This document shows, piece by piece, positions 59,924-64,000 of a stretch of 64,000 bases of DNA (within the stretch, counting starts at the first letter, position 1; every line of letters begins with the position of its first letter). The notes under the pieces are model-generated. The model was not told where the DNA came from. It did no database searches and saw nothing but the letters and a program-made list of their open reading frames with translations. The translations under genes and the position numbers were made by a program. The stretch is from Pirellulales bacterium (GTDB taxonomy: Bacteria; Planctomycetota; Planctomycetia; Pirellulales; PALSA-1355). The stretch covers positions 2,368,001 through 2,432,000 of the forward strand of contig CAVTBU010000005.1 in NCBI GenBank assembly GCA_963733035.1. Direction: 5' to 3'.

Positions 59924-60730
59924 TCACTCGGGAACACCCGATCCGCGGCTGGCCCACCAAGGGAGCGTGATGCCGCCGTCGACCAACAGCGCGCTGCCGG
60001 TAATATAGTCGCTGGCCGGATCACAAAGGAACACGACGGCACGACCGATCTCAGCGGGGCGCGCCAGCCGCTTCCAAGGTAACTTGGCGGCGGCCCGGGC
60101 AATCGTTTCGTCGTCGGCAAATTTTCGTTCGCCCGGCGTGTCCGTCCAGCCGGGTGTCACGATGTTGACGCGAATCCGGTGCTCCACCAGTTCGATGGCC
60201 GCGGTGCGGGCCATCTGATCGACGGCCGCCTTCGACATGTTGTAGGCCATCGAGCGGGGGATCGCCGTGTAGGCGTGGGGCGAACCGATCACCACGATCG
60301 AGCCCCCAGGGGGAGCCCCCGACTCGGCCTGGCGGATCATCTGCCGGGCGGCGGCGCGGGCCAGGTAGAACGGTCCCCACATCGTCACATCCACCGTCCG
60401 GCGGAAAGCGTCCAGGTCGGCCTCATAAAATGGTTCGCGGTGGCTGAACGCCGCCGACGCAACGGCGATGTCCAGGCGGCCAAACGCCGAGACCGTTTCG
60501 GCGACCATCCGTTCGACGTCGTCCACCTCGGCAACGTCTCCCTGGATCAGCATGGCCTGGTGGCCAGCGGCTTGCAGGCGTTCGATCGCGCCCGAGGCCT
60601 CGTGGGGCTGGTCGTAGTAGTTAAAGGCAACCCTGGCACCGGCTTCGGCCAAAGCAATGCCAGCCGCCAGGCCAATCCCCCGACTGGCTCCGGTGACGAG
60701 TGCAACCTGGTTGCCAAGGGGTTTGGACAC
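59924..60730 (-). CDS. Short-chain dehydrogenase/reductase (glucose 1-dehydrogenase-like)
   Basis: GTG start after GAGAGG; TGASRGIG, YNMSK, PGWTDT, VDGG. Confidence 0.92.
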   Translation of the reverse strand: MSKPLGNQVALVTGASRGIGLAAGIALAEAGARVAFNYYDQPHEASGAIERLQAAGHQAMLIQGDVAEVDDVERMVAETVSAFGRLDIAVASAAFSHREPFYEADLDAFRRTVDVTMWGPFYLARAAARQMIRQAESGAPPGGSIVVIGSPHAYTAIPRSMAYNMSKAAVDQMARTAAIELVEHRIRVNIVTPGWTDTPGERKFADDETIARAAAKLPWKRLARPAEIGRAVVFLCDPASDYITGSALLVDGGITLPWWASRGSGVPE

Positions 60731-61297
60731 CGTTTTCCTCTCCGCGCACTGTGCCAGCAAATCGCCAATTGGCTGTATGCTACCGGGCCCTCGCCGGGGT
60801 GACAACGCACGGCAGCGGATCGAACACACACGCCACGGATGCATTCTTGGTTGCGCATCGCGGCAAGACTGGACCGGCATTTTGGAGTGACTAGAATTCA
60901 ACGCTTCGGTTACCGCGCGAGCGTGGCAACTGCGTGCAGAAAAAGGTGCGAATAAGGTCGTATAGGTAATTTACGGTAAATGGGAAGGATGATTGAGCAA
61001 TCACCAGTCGTAATCTTTTGCCAAATGAATGCCGCGACCGGCGACTCAACAATCGGGTGATAGAATTTGTTGGATTTTCGCCACCTTTGAAGTGATAATG
61101 TTGGGGCTAGACCGGTGCTGAAACAATCAACGCCCGTGTTCGTTACACGCAGGAGCGCAGGGTGGGCCGGAGGTTTTGTGACCTCACCGTGCCTAAGCGC
61201 ACACCAAATGATTGAAGCATGTCCAGCCGGTCATTTCCGCCGACGTATTTAACGCTCGCGATACGCATTCACCAGTTACACCGTAGGGAGTGACGAC

Positions 61298-62866
61298 TTG
61301 TACGACGCAATTTTGGACGAATTGGAAGACGATCCGTCGCAGAATCCGGACGAAGCAAACGATTTGGCGGACAAATCGTCCGACGACCTGGATCTGGATG
61401 GCGAGATCGATGGTGCCGACGTCAATTCCGACGCGGACCTGGAGCTGGATCCGAAGTCCGAGGATCTACTGGCTGTTGCGGAAGAAGAGGCCGAGTCGTG
61501 GTCCGATGATCCCGTGCGGATGTATCTCACGCAGATGGGTGAGATTCCACTACTCACGCGCCAGGAGGAGATCTCTCTGGCCAAGCGGATTGAACTGACG
61601 CGCGCTCGCTTCCGTCATTCACTTCTCGAGTGCGATTACGTCATCCAGGTGGCCGTGAAGGTGCTCCGCCGGGTGCACAACGGGGAACTTCCGTTCGATC
61701 GGACGGTGCAGGTTTCGGTGACTGATCGGCTGGAGAAAGACCAGATTCTCGGCCGCTTCCCGCACAACCTGCGGACGATCGACACGCTGCTCAAGCAAAA
61801 CCGCGACGACTATCGAATGGCGACCAGCAAGTCGCAGAAAATGTCGCAACGCCGCGCTGCCTGGCAACGCCTGGGCCGCCGCCGCCGCCGCGCCGTCAAG
61901 CTCGTCGAAGAGCTCGGTCTGCGGACCCAGCGAATCGAACCGATGATTCGCGTGTTGGAAGACTTCAGCCGCCGCGTCGATATGCTCAAGGCGCAAATCG
62001 ACGCTCACAAGAAAGCACGTGGACCGCTCGCCGAGCGCAAGGCCTGGATCGTCGAGTACCGCAACATCCTGCGGGCCACGCAGGAGTCGCCCAAGAGCTT
62101 GCGGAATCGGGTGCAGAACCTGAAGGTTGTTTATTCGCTGTATCAACAGGCCAAGCGAGGGCTGTCCGAGGGCAATCTGCGATTGGTTGTCTCGATCGCC
62201 AAGAAGTACCGCAATCGCGGCCTGAGCTTCCTCGATTTGATTCAGGAAGGGAACGCCGGCCTGATGCGGGCGGTCGATAAGTTCGAGTATCGCCGCGGCT
62301 TCAAGTTCTGCACGTACGCCACATGGTGGATTCGTCAGGCGATTACCCGCGCGGTGGCCGATCAGAGTCGCACGATTCGGATTCCGGTGCACATGGTCGA
62401 AACCATGTCGCGCGTGCGCAACGTCTCGCGGCAACTGCTGCAAGAACTCGGCCGCGAGCCGACGATCGAGGAAACGGCCAAGCGGGCCGGCACGGCCGTC
62501 GACGAAGCCCGCCGGGTGCTGGCGATGAGCCGCTATCCGATCAGCCTCGACCGTCCGGTGGGCAACAGTGAGGATAGCCACTTTGGCGACTTGCTTCCCG
62601 ACTCGGGCGCCGAGAATCCCGCCATCGGCGCCGCCCAGGAAATGCTCCGCGGCCGGATTGCCAAGGTGCTCAAGACGCTCAGCTATCGCGAGCGCGAGAT
62701 CATCAAACTGCGTTACGGCCTGGGCGACGGCTACAGCTACACGCTGGAAGAAGTCGGCCACATTTTCAAAGTGACCCGTGAACGTATCCGCCAGATCGAA
62801 GCCAAAGCCGTCCGCAAGCTGCAGCAGCCAAGCCGCAGCCAGGAGCTGGCCGGGTTTTTGGACTAG
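61298..62866 (+). CDS. RpoD/SigA-like sigma70 factor
   Basis: DDPVRMYL (1.2), [61 protein letters not shown] start after GGGAG; no clear region 1.1. Confidence 0.95.
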   Translation: MYDAILDELEDDPSQNPDEANDLADKSSDDLDLDGEIDGADVNSDADLELDPKSEDLLAVAEEEAESWSDDPVRMYLTQMGEIPLLTRQEEISLAKRIELTRARFRHSLLECDYVIQVAVKVLRRVHNGELPFDRTVQVSVTDRLEKDQILGRFPHNLRTIDTLLKQNRDDYRMATSKSQKMSQRRAAWQRLGRRRRRAVKLVEELGLRTQRIEPMIRVLEDFSRRVDMLKAQIDAHKKARGPLAERKAWIVEYRNILRATQESPKSLRNRVQNLKVVYSLYQQAKRGLSEGNLRLVVSIAKKYRNRGLSFLDLIQEGNAGLMRAVDKFEYRRGFKFCTYATWWIRQAITRAVADQSRTIRIPVHMVETMSRVRNVSRQLLQELGREPTIEETAKRAGTAVDEARRVLAMSRYPISLDRPVGNSEDSHFGDLLPDSGAENPAIGAAQEMLRGRIAKVLKTLSYREREIIKLRYGLGDGYSYTLEEVGHIFKVTRERIRQIEAKAVRKLQQPSRSQELAGFLD

Positions 62867-62894
62867 CGGCGAGATGCAATTTTGCTGAGATACC

Positions 62895-62930
62895 AAGCGA
62901 GCCGGGCCGAGTGCCTGGCTCGCTTTTTTT
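62895..62930 (+). terminator. Intrinsic terminator after the sigma factor gene
   Basis: GCGAGCCGGGC-cgagt-GCCTGGCTCGC followed by T7. Confidence 0.88.
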
Positions 62931-63032
62931 GCGATATGTCCCGTCGCGAAGCGAATACAATTGCGACGGTCGACGGGCAATCGACGAGGACAAACCAGCG
63001 CTGAACGTTCGACGGCAAAGGAGACCGGATCG

Positions 63033-63533
63033 ATGCAGACTCGCCACACCGTCATGAATCGAAAGAATACGGCAGCCGGAATGGCGATGCTGGCAACGCT
63101 GATGACCTGCTCTGCTATCTCGTCGGAGGCCAAAGCCGCTGATCCGCCGATGGTAAAGATCGAATTTGTCGGCGCCGATCCGGAACCGGCGCCAGGGTTG
63201 ACGAAGGTCACTCCTCCGGGCTCTCTGAAGCCGATCTATCTGCACCCGAAGCCCGAGCTCACCGGAGATGATGTCGCCAGCGCGAAAGTCACCCAAACCG
63301 AACGGGGCGATGCGGCGATTCACCTCGTCTTTTCCGGCGAGGGAAGCAAGAAGATGCAACAATTCACCCAGGCATTCCTGCTAAAACACATGGCGATCCT
63401 CGTCGACGGCAAGCTGCTGTGTGCCCCACGAATTGTTTCGACGATCAGTCATGAGGCACAGATCACCGGGAATTTCGACAGGGCCGAAGCGGAACGCATC
63501 GTGGCAGGTATTCGCGGGCAGAAGTCGCCATGA
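63033..63533 (+). CDS. Secreted stand-alone SecD/SecDF P1-head-like domain protein
   Basis: AAGGAG RBS; signal peptide; LTGDDVASA, F..EG.KKM..FT, MAILVDGKL..AP.I...I...AQITGNF...EAE. Confidence 0.8.
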   Translation: MQTRHTVMNRKNTAAGMAMLATLMTCSAISSEAKAADPPMVKIEFVGADPEPAPGLTKVTPPGSLKPIYLHPKPELTGDDVASAKVTQTERGDAAIHLVFSGEGSKKMQQFTQAFLLKHMAILVDGKLLCAPRIVSTISHEAQITGNFDRAEAERIVAGIRGQKSP

Positions 63534-63739
63534 CCCAAACGCCCGCAGCCTTTCGATTCAGTCTGTGGCGGATGCTGCTGCTAATGACCGCCGTGGGTGC
63601 GTGCCTGGCCGGGCTGCGCGTGCTGCCGCTCCCATGGGCGTTGTGGCTCATCACGGCCGCATTCTATTTCAGCGTGGTGCTTTGCTTTTCGAGCGTCGAC
63701 CGGCAGGAGCAACCAGCGAGGGAGCAGGGGCCGCGCTAA
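63530..63739 (+). CDS. Small membrane protein with RFSL-type N-terminus
   Basis: ATGA overlap with the upstream gene; FRFSLWRMLLLMT + two hydrophobic segments. Confidence 0.65.
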   Translation: MTQTPAAFRFSLWRMLLLMTAVGACLAGLRVLPLPWALWLITAAFYFSVVLCFSSVDRQEQPAREQGPR

Positions 63740-63757
63740 TTCTGTAACGAATTTCCG

Positions 63758-63806
63758 TTGACGCGTCCTGGGGAGCGCGGTACGATGTTGTTAATTCATT
63801 AACGAC
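63758..63806 (+). promoter_or_regulatory. Sigma70 promoter and palindromic operator of a second BlaI-family gene
   Basis: TTGACG-N17-TACGAT; GTTGTTAAT-TC-ATTAACGAC near-palindrome immediately after the -10 box. Confidence 0.75.
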
Positions 63807-63831
63807 TTGCCGCCTGCTGGATATCCCTCAC

Positions 63832-64000
63832 ATGGCCCGACCGACCTCCGATCTGCTGACCGAACGCGAAACCCAATTGATGGACGTCCTCTGGGACCAG
63901 GGGCCGGCCACCGCCGAAGACGTCCGACAAGCACTACCGGATCAGCCGCACGATTCCACGGTGCGCACGCTGCTGCGCGTACTCAAACAAAAGGGCTACG
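63832..64000 (+). CDS. BlaI/MecI/CopY family repressor (partial, runs off the window)
   Basis: MARPTSDLLTERETQLMDVLWDQGPATAEDVRQALPDQPHDSTVRTLLRVLKQKGY. Confidence 0.9.
   Translation, partial: MARPTSDLLTERETQLMDVLWDQGPATAEDVRQALPDQPHDSTVRTLLRVLKQKGY

Noticed and set aside
61619..63211. 530-aa minus-strand ORF
   Set aside because: Antisense shadow of the sigma70 gene
1..64000. tRNA, rRNA, tmRNA, IS elements, integrases, prophage genes
   Set aside because: No cloverleaf/T-loop consensus, rRNA-like sequence, transposase, recombinase or phage structural motifs recognised by eye; tRNAscan-SE and cmscan would be needed to exclude them formally

Overview
High-GC bacterial DNA, very probably a planctomycete (Pirellulales-like), judged from DUF1559 prepilin-type genes, DUF1501, a LEPR-XLL-type surface protein, a PEP-CTERM protein and BlaI/M56 modules. 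About 50 genes are present, including an ELWxxDGT-repeat surface protein with a TIGR03032 neighbour, a sulfatase, a MenA1/MenT1-like toxin-antitoxin pair, a hexaheme cytochrome c, a GH5-like hydrolase, a vWA-TPR-TPR operon, an archaeal-type topoisomerase VI (top6B-top6A), a serine hydrolase, an ABC exporter, an ECF sigma/anti-sigma pair and an RpoD-like sigma factor. I saw no rRNA, tRNA, CRISPR array, transposase or integrase. At least six genes carry a single frameshift, mostly in G/C runs, most likely long-read assembly errors. Best candidates for something new: (1) a ~125-nt leader upstream of an ankyrin-repeat gene (51402-51527, minus strand) that can form a pseudoknot plus hairpin and has a perfect 10-bp anti-Shine-Dalgarno helix, i.e. 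a riboswitch-like or autoregulatory RNA; (2) a blaI-M56 cassette bracketed by a perfect 95-bp duplication of the 3' end of the neighbouring gene, with no recombinase in the window; (3) a small A/T-richer island bounded by inverted heptamer arrays; (4) a Top6B with a second, inserted H2TH domain. All family assignments come from reading motifs by eye; no searches were run.
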